A program made the translations under genes and the position numbers. A model generated the notes under the pieces. It did not search any database. It had not been told where the DNA came from and saw nothing but the letters and a program-made list of their open reading frames with translations. From positions 1,004 through 65,003 of the forward strand of contig SKFT01000110.1 in NCBI GenBank assembly GCA_007117865.1: DNA of 64,000 bases, read 5' to 3'. Positions 18,867 to 27,534 of the stretch are shown here, piece after piece. How positions within the stretch are numbered: position 1 is the first letter of the stretch; every line of letters starts with the position of its first letter. Origin of the DNA: Puniceicoccaceae bacterium (GTDB lineage Bacteria; Verrucomicrobiota; Verrucomicrobiia; Opitutales; Coraliomargaritaceae).

Positions 18867-20066
18867 ATGCGGGTATTACTGGCATTTGATAAATTCAAGG
18901 AGGCGCTGACAGCGTCCGATGCCTGTCGAGTGGTAGTGCGCGCACTAGCCGGTAAGGGTATGGATGTGGTTGAGCGGCCATTGACTGATGGCGGAGAGGG
19001 ATTTTGCACGCTGCTCACTGAGGCGGCTGGTGGTGAACTGGATTGGCAGAAGACGGAAGGGCCACTGGGGGAATGGCATTCCGCGCCAGTTGGTTGGGTG
19101 CAATGGAATCGACTGCCAGCTGCTGTTTGGCAAGTTTTGCCCCGGCAGGCGCTGAAAGACGAAGCTGGTGGACGGCTGGCCGTTATTGGCATGGCGGAGG
19201 CGGCGGGTTTAGAGCAGGTAGCGAAAGGCTTTCGTGATCCTTGGCGAACCACAACCTTGGGCGTGGGCAGGCAGTTGCGGCAGGCCATTCAAGCGGATGC
19301 CAAGGCAATCTTCATTGGCCTTGGCGGGAGTGCGACCTGCGACTTGGGCTTGGGTGTACTCCATGGCGTGGGTTTTCGCTTTCTTGATGCGAAGGGTAAA
19401 GCACAGTTGCCATTGCCGTGCAATTGGTCCGGAATTGTTACGATAGTCCCACCGCAGGCATCCTTTCGCAATGCTTTACCAGCAATTTTTCTCGCTTGCG
19501 ATGTGGATAATCCCTTGTTGGGTCCGCGCGGAGCAGGACCGGTTTTTGGTCCGCAGAAAGGATTGCGGCAGACAGAATTGTCGCACTGGGAGGCTTTGGC
19601 AGCAAAAATGGCGGACTTATTGGAACAGGCTTGCGGCGCCAGCGCGTCAACGCGCGATCTGGCCGGTGCCGGTGCTGCCGGTGGCTTTGCCTATGGATTG
19701 ACGGTGGGGCTTGCAGCCAAAATGGTTCCCGGCTTCGATCTGGTTGCCAGCTGGCTTGATTTGGAAACGGCGGTTGCCTCCGCCGATTGTGTGGTTACCG
19801 GCGAAGGACGCTGGGATGCTGGCTCGCTATCCGGCAAAGGTCCCTATGCTGTTGCCGTCATGGCTGATCGTTTGTGTAAACCCGTTGGCGTCTTTGCCGG
19901 CAGTGTTGATAAGGCTGCGGCAGAGAAGGTGCAAAAAGCGCTGACGCAAGTTAGCGTACACGCTATCTCACCAGTCGATTTGTCCTTGGAAGAAGCGCTG
20001 AGAACGACCCATCGCCATCTGCCGGAGAGCGTTATTGATTGGCTTTTGCGCTTGAATCGGGTTTGA
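18867..20066 (+). CDS. Glycerate kinase
   Basis: MRVLLAFDKFKEALTASDA...PLTDGGEGF and a C-terminal VVTGEGRWDAGSLSGKGP pattern. Confidence 0.85.
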   Translation: MRVLLAFDKFKEALTASDACRVVVRALAGKGMDVVERPLTDGGEGFCTLLTEAAGGELDWQKTEGPLGEWHSAPVGWVQWNRLPAAVWQVLPRQALKDEAGGRLAVIGMAEAAGLEQVAKGFRDPWRTTTLGVGRQLRQAIQADAKAIFIGLGGSATCDLGLGVLHGVGFRFLDAKGKAQLPLPCNWSGIVTIVPPQASFRNALPAIFLACDVDNPLLGPRGAGPVFGPQKGLRQTELSHWEALAAKMADLLEQACGASASTRDLAGAGAAGGFAYGLTVGLAAKMVPGFDLVASWLDLETAVASADCVVTGEGRWDAGSLSGKGPYAVAVMADRLCKPVGVFAGSVDKAAAEKVQKALTQVSVHAISPVDLSLEEALRTTHRHLPESVIDWLLRLNRV

Positions 20067-20175
20067 TTAAGTAATGAATAGTCTTGCGTCCATGATTCCA
20101 GGGGTGGAATTCAGTCACCAGGATAAGCGGCACGAGCCTTTATTCTGACTAACGATCACCGACTCTCTGTAGTAA

Positions 20176-23082
20176 ATGCGTTTTTTCCCAAAAGCCTCCC
20201 TTGTCAATGCGATCGCAGATGCCTTACTGGAAACTGCTGATAGCTATGATTTGAGTGCACTGCTCATACTGGTACCAACTGCGGAGGCGGGTCGCCGTCT
20301 CATTGAAACGCTCGCCTTGAAAGCAGCGCAAAATCAGCGGGCATTATTCGTTCCCCGTGTTGTTACGCCAAAGCAATTGCCGGGCTTGGTCATCGCCACC
20401 GGGCCACGGCCATTGGCAAGTCAGGCTGCCTGTCTGGCTGCTTGGCATAGCGTATTGGATAAAGTGGACCTCCAATCATTGAAGGTGCTTTTCCCGGTGC
20501 TGCCCCAGCCTGGCAGGGCATGGCGGCAGGGCATGGCCAATCAACTGTTTGACTTGCAACAACAGTTGGCGGAGGGCGGTTGGTCGTTTGCAGCGGTCGC
20601 CAGCGATTGTGATGAACTGCCAAAAATTGAGCGCGGACGCTGGCAGGCGTTGGCGCAACTGGAAAGCCTATTCCAGCAGACGCTGGAGCGACTTGGCTGG
20701 CGTGATCCCTTCGCCGCTGAGCGAGCGATTCTCACCGATCAGCCGCCAACGCCTCCTGTGCCGATTAAGCGCATCATCCTTTGTGCGGTGCCGTCGCCAT
20801 TGCCATTGGTGGTTCGCTATCTGGAATGTTTGGCAGGTGTGGGTTATCCGATTGAGGTGTGGACATCTGCCACAGCAGCCGAGGCCAATACGCTCGACCG
20901 CTGGGGACGTCCATTGCTTACCCACTGGACGCAATGTCCGTTGACATTTGTCGCCGCAGAGTCGATGCAGCTGCATGCGGTCTCACGCGCTCCGCAGGGC
21001 TTGTTGCAATGCCTTCGCAATGCGCTGGAATCGGATAGGGAGACTGCTGCAATTGGTGTTGTCGATCCTGCTCTGCTCCCGGCGGTAGCTCAAGTTTGCC
21101 GGCAGCTTGGCTTGCGGCCCAACGATCCATCGGGGAAGTCATTGGCGGATAGTGCCATTGGGCGTGTTTTGGTGGCTTGGATCGTGGGGGCGGAGGATGC
21201 CACTGTGGCAAGAGTCCGCAACTTGTTACAATCACCCCTGGTATGGTCTTTGGTAGTCAAAAAAGTTAGCGATGAAGACAGCGGTTTTACCATTACTCAG
21301 GAGCAGGCATTGAAGTCACTGGACCGACTGGTTGAAAAGCACTTTGCGCAAACCCTGGAAGATTTGAGGCATTTTGCCAAGGCGGAAGGCAGCTCATCAG
21401 GCGTTGATTTTTGCCGTGTCTGTGAATGGCTGAATCGTAGTTTTGCCAGTATTGCAGCAACCAGAGTGCAGCGGATCGAAAGCTTGGGCGACTGGTTGGC
21501 GGATTGCCTGGAAGCACAGCCTATTTCGGCGATTGCCCGTGAGGAAGTCGAGTCGATGCGACGATTACTGGAGGAAATGGATGCGATCGAGAGGCATCTG
21601 CAATCAAATGCCGCATCGGAGCAAGGAGTTTTAGCCGATGCCATGTTGCCTATTTTACTCGAGCGTTTGCGTTCCATGCGGGTTTACATTCCCGATCCCG
21701 CGGCTGATATCGATTTGCTTGGTTGGTTGGAGCTGCCATGGGTGGATACGCAACATCTCCTGCTCTGTGGACTCAATGAAGGGGTGGTTCCGCAGTCGGT
21801 TAGGGGCGACCTTTTTCTGCCGGAGTCACTGCGCGTAAGCCTGGGGTTGACCACTAACGATCAGCGCTATGCTAGTGACAGTTTGCTCTTTGCCACTGTT
21901 CAGCGTCAGCTGCCAGCTTTGGCAAGAGCGGCGATATACATACCAAAGGCCGCTGCCGATGGCACCCCGCTGCGTCCCTCGCGCTTATTGTTCCGTTGTG
22001 ATGACTCATCCCTGCTTCAGCGCGCACGGCAATTATTCGGCACGGAATCTCCATACATGACAAACCCAACAATAACGCGCAACTCGCATTTATCACTGCG
22101 TGCGCCCGAGGGGTTGCGTCTGCCGGAGGCGCTTTCATTTAGCGCATTAAGCGACTACCTTCGCTGTCCCTTCCGTTTCTTTCTTAGTCATATTTTGGGA
22201 ATGCGCGCACCCCGCTACGATGCATTGGATATGGATTTGGCTAACTTTGGAACGGTGCTGCATGTCGCTTGCAATGCCTTGAAAGGTTGGTCTTATGAGC
22301 AATTCGAAGATCCCCAAGTTGCCAGCCAACACTTATCAGCCGCTTTGGACTGTGAGTTGCGCGAACGCTTTGGTGGAATGAAGTCCTTTTCCATGGCGGT
22401 GCAACGTGAATTACTGGAATCGCGTTTGCAAATGTTGGCAAGTGTGATGGTGGAGCGGACGCAAAGGCTCTCGGAGGGAACGATTACAGCGACCGAGATA
22501 CCGGTTAACTTGAGGATAGCGGGGATGGAGCTGCGGGGCCGTATCGACCGAATTGATCAATTGCCGCGAGGAGCCGTTTTGGTGGATTATAAAACTTCCA
22601 AAAAAGCAAAATCCCCGCTGGAAGCGCATTGGAGTAAAATGCCCCGCGCTGGTTTGCCGCCGCATGTGCCGGAGTCAGCCGCATGTGTCATCGGTGGACA
22701 GGAGGGGTATTGGACCGATCTGCAATTGCCTTTGTATGCCTTAACTATGGAAGCGGAATACGGATTTCCGCTTGAGGTGGCTTATTGTAATCTACCCGAT
22801 TCTGCCGAAAAAGCCGCCTGGGCGAGTTGGCCGGAATGGTCGCGAGATATCAGTGAGCAAGCCCTTGCCTGTGCCAACGACCTTGTTATGCGCATTCAAA
22901 ACGGTTACTTCTGGCCACCTAACAAAACCATTCCACCAGAGTGGGATGCCTTCGATTGCCTGTTCCCAGAGGGTATCGAATTGGGATTTTGCAGCGCAAG
23001 CTTGTCGCCCTATCGCTTTGCGGACTGCCGTGACGACCACCACCAGAGGACTGCACCTGCGAGTAATACCCAAATAGAATAA
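20176..23082 (+). CDS. AddB/RexB-like PD-(D/E)XK nuclease family protein (inactive helicase-like N-terminus, RecB-type nuclease C-terminus)
   Basis: LLILVPTAEAGRRL at the N-terminus with no clear Walker A. C-terminal LSDYLRCPFRFF, GRIDRIDQLPRGAVLVDYKTSKK, then Cys residues as in the AddB Fe-S staple. Confidence 0.65.
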   Translation: MRFFPKASLVNAIADALLETADSYDLSALLILVPTAEAGRRLIETLALKAAQNQRALFVPRVVTPKQLPGLVIATGPRPLASQAACLAAWHSVLDKVDLQSLKVLFPVLPQPGRAWRQGMANQLFDLQQQLAEGGWSFAAVASDCDELPKIERGRWQALAQLESLFQQTLERLGWRDPFAAERAILTDQPPTPPVPIKRIILCAVPSPLPLVVRYLECLAGVGYPIEVWTSATAAEANTLDRWGRPLLTHWTQCPLTFVAAESMQLHAVSRAPQGLLQCLRNALESDRETAAIGVVDPALLPAVAQVCRQLGLRPNDPSGKSLADSAIGRVLVAWIVGAEDATVARVRNLLQSPLVWSLVVKKVSDEDSGFTITQEQALKSLDRLVEKHFAQTLEDLRHFAKAEGSSSGVDFCRVCEWLNRSFASIAATRVQRIESLGDWLADCLEAQPISAIAREEVESMRRLLEEMDAIERHLQSNAASEQGVLADAMLPILLERLRSMRVYIPDPAADIDLLGWLELPWVDTQHLLLCGLNEGVVPQSVRGDLFLPESLRVSLGLTTNDQRYASDSLLFATVQRQLPALARAAIYIPKAAADGTPLRPSRLLFRCDDSSLLQRARQLFGTESPYMTNPTITRNSHLSLRAPEGLRLPEALSFSALSDYLRCPFRFFLSHILGMRAPRYDALDMDLANFGTVLHVACNALKGWSYEQFEDPQVASQHLSAALDCELRERFGGMKSFSMAVQRELLESRLQMLASVMVERTQRLSEGTITATEIPVNLRIAGMELRGRIDRIDQLPRGAVLVDYKTSKKAKSPLEAHWSKMPRAGLPPHVPESAACVIGGQEGYWTDLQLPLYALTMEAEYGFPLEVAYCNLPDSAEKAAWASWPEWSRDISEQALACANDLVMRIQNGYFWPPNKTIPPEWDAFDCLFPEGIELGFCSASLSPYRFADCRDDHHQRTAPASNTQIE

Positions 23083-23855
23083 AATTGTCCGCGACTGATA
23101 CCTGCAATCAGAGGTGCGTCCGGCTCGCGAAACAGTTCGCCAATCATGCGAAGGATGGCATAGCCCATCAAGAATTCGGCGCTTAACTTTCCGCATGATG
23201 GTTTGCCAAACCAGAAGCGCAATTGCAGGTAGAGTAATAAAAGCCCGCCTTCCAGTGCTGCCTGGTAGAGCTGTGAGGGATGGCGTGCGGGGATCATTAA
23301 AGTTCCGCTAGCGGCATCCCATGTCGCTGGTGCATCAGGAAAAATTACGCCCCAACGCACAGCTGTCACCTTGCCCCAGAGTTCACCATTGATGAAATTG
23401 GCGATCCGCCCTAGCATTAACCCCAGCGGTGCGATGACGACGACCCGGTCAGAGGCTAGCAGCAGATTTATGTTTGTGCTGCGGGCAAACAGACATAGTG
23501 CAACAGCCACCCCAATAAAGCCGCCATGACTGGCCATGCCACCCTCCCAGACGCGCAACAAGCGCAGCGGATTTGCCAACAGACCGGCAGTGTCGTAGAA
23601 GAGGTAGTAACCAAGGCGTCCACCCAGCAACACACCGATGACCAGATATGTCATCATAGAAAGTGCGGCTTCGGATGAGAAACCGCGTGCACCATAGCGA
23701 TCCGCCAAACGGAAAAACCCATAGGCAGCCACAAACGCCAGTAGGTAAGCCATGCCGTAGAAACGGATGCCGTCCAAGCCGAGCGGATTGTCCGGAAAAC
23801 GTAAAATAAACGGACTCAGATCGTGCACCCAATGGGCAATAAATGTAGGCATCAT
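23010..23855 (-). CDS. lgt: Prolipoprotein diacylglyceryl transferase
   Basis: IRFYGMAYLLAFVAAY...HGGFIG...GRIANFINGELWG...RHPSQLYQAALEG. Confidence 0.9.
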   Translation of the reverse strand: MMPTFIAHWVHDLSPFILRFPDNPLGLDGIRFYGMAYLLAFVAAYGFFRLADRYGARGFSSEAALSMMTYLVIGVLLGGRLGYYLFYDTAGLLANPLRLLRVWEGGMASHGGFIGVAVALCLFARSTNINLLLASDRVVVIAPLGLMLGRIANFINGELWGKVTAVRWGVIFPDAPATWDAASGTLMIPARHPSQLYQAALEGGLLLLYLQLRFWFGKPSCGKLSAEFLMGYAILRMIGELFREPDAPLIAGISRGQFYSIWVLLAGAVLWWWSSRQSAKR

Positions 23856-24144
23856 TGTTGTTTAAAAGCAAAGCGTTGCTCGATATCGCGCAACGGTTAT
23901 CGTTGCGCCTCTGTTAACTGCCCGAAACTAGAAGGGTTGTCGCGCTTCAGGCGTTCTATTGCGATTTCGTATGCACTATCCATATAGCACCATCCATGAG
24001 CCTGCCTGTGAAGAATTGCAACATTGTATGAATGAAGACGAAACAAAAGGTAACAGAAGGAAGTGGACGTTGCTGGTGCCTGGCTATGAAGGTAGGGGAA
24101 TACCCCATTTTGTTGCGGACGTTTATAGGCTATACTGCAGGACT

Positions 24145-24618
24145 ATGAAATACATTACCACATCACTTCTCACACTCGTTACTCTTTCTTTTTCGCTTAC
24201 TGTCGGTTGCAAGCCAGCCAACGACAGGTCTCAGGCAACTGAAACCACGTGGCAGGAAACAACCCGCACTGAAGCGGCAACTGGTCAAACCGCTCGCAAC
24301 TGGGAGGCATACACTTTTGAGCAGAGGTCGCAATTCGTCGTCTCGATGGAAGCGGAACTTGCATCGATCAATCAAAGTATTGATGAACTCGCCGCCCGGA
24401 TCGGGAGGTCGGATGAGAAAGTGCAGTCCCTTGCCACTCCCCGCCTCAACGAACTGCGCAATCAGGCGGATCTTCTCAAAGAACATATCGACGAGGTCAA
24501 AGGTGCCAGCGCTTCCACTTGGGAGAAGGTCAAAGCCACGACTCATGAAACCTATGAAAGTCTAAAAAATAATTTCAACAGCGCTCGTCAATGGATGAGC
24601 GATAGGATCGAACCATGA
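24145..24618 (+). CDS. Hypothetical coiled-coil lipoprotein
   Basis: MKYITTSLLTLVTLSFSLTVGC lipobox. The rest is predicted helical. The start is trimmed from the track ORF (23959) to ATG at 24145. Confidence 0.5.
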   Translation: MKYITTSLLTLVTLSFSLTVGCKPANDRSQATETTWQETTRTEAATGQTARNWEAYTFEQRSQFVVSMEAELASINQSIDELAARIGRSDEKVQSLATPRLNELRNQADLLKEHIDEVKGASASTWEKVKATTHETYESLKNNFNSARQWMSDRIEP

Positions 24619-24699
24619 GTGAGTTAATTACATGAAATATCCCTCTCGCTACTGCCCGGAACATTCTTCCAGCCACAAAAATCCTAAAACCATTAAATT

Positions 24700-24846
24700 A
24701 TGATCTATACACTAGCAGTTATCTTACTTGTCCTTTGGCTGCTTGGGCTCGTTAGCAGCTACACCTTGGGAGGGTTTATCCATGTTCTCCTGGTTGTTGC
24801 CGTCATCGTTATTATCGTCCGTTTGCTCCAAGGCCGTCGGGTATAA
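24700..24846 (+). CDS. lmo0937-family small membrane protein (48 aa)
   Basis: Below the ORF-track size cutoff. Manual translation gives MIYTLAVILLVLWLLGLVSSYTLGGFIHVLLVVAVIVIIVRLLQGRRV*, which matches the family consensus I recall (..VILLVLWLLG..YT.GGFIH.LLVIA.I...R...GRR). Confidence 0.7.
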   Translation: MIYTLAVILLVLWLLGLVSSYTLGGFIHVLLVVAVIVIIVRLLQGRRV

Positions 24847-24888
24847 AGCCATGCAAACTTACAGGGCTGATACGCTCTTCGTTGGCAA

Positions 24889-25989
24889 TCACTGCCATGG
24901 ACTTGCGATCAGTAAGATCTCTCCACCGGATAATCCTCCCTCCAGGGCAACGCCGGAGGCTTTTATTTCTGTTGGTTGAACCGATTGACGCTGTTTTTTT
25001 CCGTCTTTCAAGAGGATGACAAACACGCCATTCTGATCTTGTAGCAATGCGCTGAAGGGGACGATTATTTGTGAGGGTGGTGCAATTGACCGGATCACGG
25101 CTGAGACCACATCACCAACACGCAGAGCATCGGATGGATCTTTGAGCGTCACAATTAAGGCATTAGAGTCCTCTGACACTTCGATTTTGGAAACGCCCAT
25201 GTCGCGACTGAGGTCGCTTGGGTTGATGATGGTTATCTCCACGGGCTCGTTTAACACCCAACTGGCATCGGTTGGCAATTGGAAGCTGACTTTGGCACTG
25301 TTGTCCGTTTCAATCGTGTATAGCGCTTGTCCCGCACGCAGGGTTTCGCCCTCTTCGGCGTGCACCGCTCTGACGATACCGTTGACGCCGCCAACCATCG
25401 AGCTGGCGGCCTCAGCGGCTTGCGCTTCAGCCAGTTGTTGTTCCGCCAGCTGTTGGTTGTATTCGCGGGCTTGAAGCATTTCCGCTGCCGCCAACACGGC
25501 GCGCTCCTCTACTGAGCCCGCTTCAAATAATAATCGTTGCCGTCTCAACTCGCCCTCCGCCTGAGTGTAGGCGGATAGAGCCCGGGTGCGTATTTGCATC
25601 GCTGCGTCTATCGCCTCACGTAAAGGGGCAGGATTTAACCGCGCCGCAGGCAGGTCTGGTGTTACGATACGTCCTGGACGCAAATTGACTTCCATTAACG
25701 TGCCGTCGATCGGAAAGCTTAAATCCAAATAGGGCGCACTTATGACCTCAGCATTGAAACGCAAGGCTGCCCGGGGGGTTGGATTTGGCACTGTAAACGG
25801 CTTCAATAGCGGTTGTGCCTCGACCTTGGATCGCTCGGTTTCCGCTCCATTATGAGTGCTTGCAGCTCTATTCGTTTTGGGCTCGCAGCCAACCAGGAAC
25901 AATAGTGCTAACGTAAATAAACGCGTTAGGCAAAGATGGGATGATCTTGCATTTATTGTAGAATTCCAGAATTGTGTAAATGGTATCAT
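24889..25989 (-). CDS. Efflux-transporter periplasmic adaptor (HlyD/MFP family) lipoprotein
   Basis: Lipobox LFLVGC, a coiled-coil hairpin (EGELRRQRLLFEAGSVEERAVLAAAEMLQAREYNQQLAEQQLAEAQAAE), and beta-barrel and lipoyl-like segments. Confidence 0.6.
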   Translation of the reverse strand: MIPFTQFWNSTINARSSHLCLTRLFTLALLFLVGCEPKTNRAASTHNGAETERSKVEAQPLLKPFTVPNPTPRAALRFNAEVISAPYLDLSFPIDGTLMEVNLRPGRIVTPDLPAARLNPAPLREAIDAAMQIRTRALSAYTQAEGELRRQRLLFEAGSVEERAVLAAAEMLQAREYNQQLAEQQLAEAQAAEAASSMVGGVNGIVRAVHAEEGETLRAGQALYTIETDNSAKVSFQLPTDASWVLNEPVEITIINPSDLSRDMGVSKIEVSEDSNALIVTLKDPSDALRVGDVVSAVIRSIAPPSQIIVPFSALLQDQNGVFVILLKDGKKQRQSVQPTEIKASGVALEGGLSGGEILLIASPWQ

Positions 25990-26000
25990 TAATCGCTAAT

Positions 26001-27443
26001 ATGAATGCTGATTTGGAAAGTGCAATGCAATGCTTACAGGCCGAGCTGCCTGGTAGAATATTGTTGGATGAAGACTCGCGATTTGCCGCTTCTTATGACA
26101 ACCTGCGCATTTCGCGTATGCCGGATGTGGTCGTGCGGGTGCATGAGGCAGCTGATGTGGGACGCTGTCTCGCAATTGCCCATCAATACGGGATAAGTGT
26201 TACGACCCGGGGCGCTGGCTCTTCGGCGACTGGCAGTGCGGTACCAGTATATGCTGGCATAGTATTGGATCTTTCCGCGTTGGGTGATTTCTCCATTGAT
26301 GTGACAACGCGGATGGCTTCCGTTGAGGCAGGGGTGGTGACTGCCGACTTGCAGGCGGCAGCAGAGGCCAAGGGCTTGTTTTATCCTCCGGACCCGTCAT
26401 CCAAATCGTACTCAACCATTGGTGGCAACATCGCTTGCAATGCCGGGGGAATGCGCTGTCTTAAATATGGTGTGACTCGCGATTATGTCGTGGCACTGGA
26501 GGGTTTTCTGGCAGATGGCAGTCCTTTTCGCTGGGGACTTCCCTTGCGCAAGTATGCTTCCGGCTTTAACATGCGGGACTTGTTCATTGGCTCTGAAGGG
26601 ATGCTTGGAGTTGTCACAAAAGCTTATTTGCGATTGCTGTCACTGCCTGCAGTTCGCTGGACTGCCATGGTTGCGTTTGCGGATGAGGAAACGGCTCTGG
26701 AAACTGGTGTGCTCAGATTGCTGAAAGCTGGCTTTGCGCCGTCCATTTTGGAGTTTCTCGATCGTCAGTCCGTCGTTTGCGCTGAAATGCGCAAGGGGCA
26801 GCCAGTTTTCCCGGGACAGCCAGGCAGCACATTGTTATTGATTGAATTAGATGGCATGGATGCGCAAAAGGTCGCCCAGCGCGGTCGCGATTTAATCACT
26901 TTGTTACAACCGTCAAGCCGTTCCTATCATGTTGCGGCCAATGCCTCCGAGGCGGAGTCCATCTGGCAGGTGAGGCGCACTTGTTCTCAGTCGATGTTTG
27001 CCCTTGGCGATACCAAGTTGAATGAAGATGTCGTGGTGCCTCTGGATAAGCAGAGCGAACTGCTTCGTAAAACTCTGCAATTGCGCGAAGATATCGGTTT
27101 GGCGACGCCAACCTTTGGTCATGCTGGAGACGGCAACTTACATGTGCACATCATGTATAACCGGAATGATGCGGATCATGTTGCCAAAGCCAAGCTGGGC
27201 ATTCGCCAGTTGATGCAGTCGGTTGTCGCTCTTGGAGGTGTCATCACCGGTGAACACGGTATCGGTCTGGCAAAGTCCAGTTACTTCGACTTACAGCACT
27301 CGCCAGCTGAAATTGCCTCCATGCAAGCGGTTAAAAAAGCACTCGACCCGAAGGGCATTCTGAATCCTGGCAAAATGTTCATTCCGTTTGAAGTCTGGAA
27401 TGAAGCTACGTTGAATGTTTCCATGCCATGGGATCACCGCTAG
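26001..27443 (+). CDS. FAD-linked oxidase (GlcD / D-lactate dehydrogenase family)
   Basis: PCMH-type FAD-binding domain (TTRGAGSSATGSAVP...) and C-terminal GGVITGEHGIGLAK...LDPKGILNPGK. ATG at 26001 is preferred over the track start at 25980. Confidence 0.85.
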   Translation: MNADLESAMQCLQAELPGRILLDEDSRFAASYDNLRISRMPDVVVRVHEAADVGRCLAIAHQYGISVTTRGAGSSATGSAVPVYAGIVLDLSALGDFSIDVTTRMASVEAGVVTADLQAAAEAKGLFYPPDPSSKSYSTIGGNIACNAGGMRCLKYGVTRDYVVALEGFLADGSPFRWGLPLRKYASGFNMRDLFIGSEGMLGVVTKAYLRLLSLPAVRWTAMVAFADEETALETGVLRLLKAGFAPSILEFLDRQSVVCAEMRKGQPVFPGQPGSTLLLIELDGMDAQKVAQRGRDLITLLQPSSRSYHVAANASEAESIWQVRRTCSQSMFALGDTKLNEDVVVPLDKQSELLRKTLQLREDIGLATPTFGHAGDGNLHVHIMYNRNDADHVAKAKLGIRQLMQSVVALGGVITGEHGIGLAKSSYFDLQHSPAEIASMQAVKKALDPKGILNPGKMFIPFEVWNEATLNVSMPWDHR

Positions 27444-27534
27444 CAGCCCGTCGTGCTTAGCCAATCTAAAAATTCATCAACAAACGACAGTCTATAGTGG
27501 TGCCGTAAGGCAGTATCGATAAAACAGGCTGCTA
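27441..27534. repeat. 94-nt intergenic element with terminal inverted repeats, copy A
   Basis: 76/94 identical, ungapped, to 48999-49092. The ends are TAGCAGCC...GGCTGCTA. The terminal TAG and CTA are the stop codons of the two convergent flanking genes. Confidence 0.65.
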
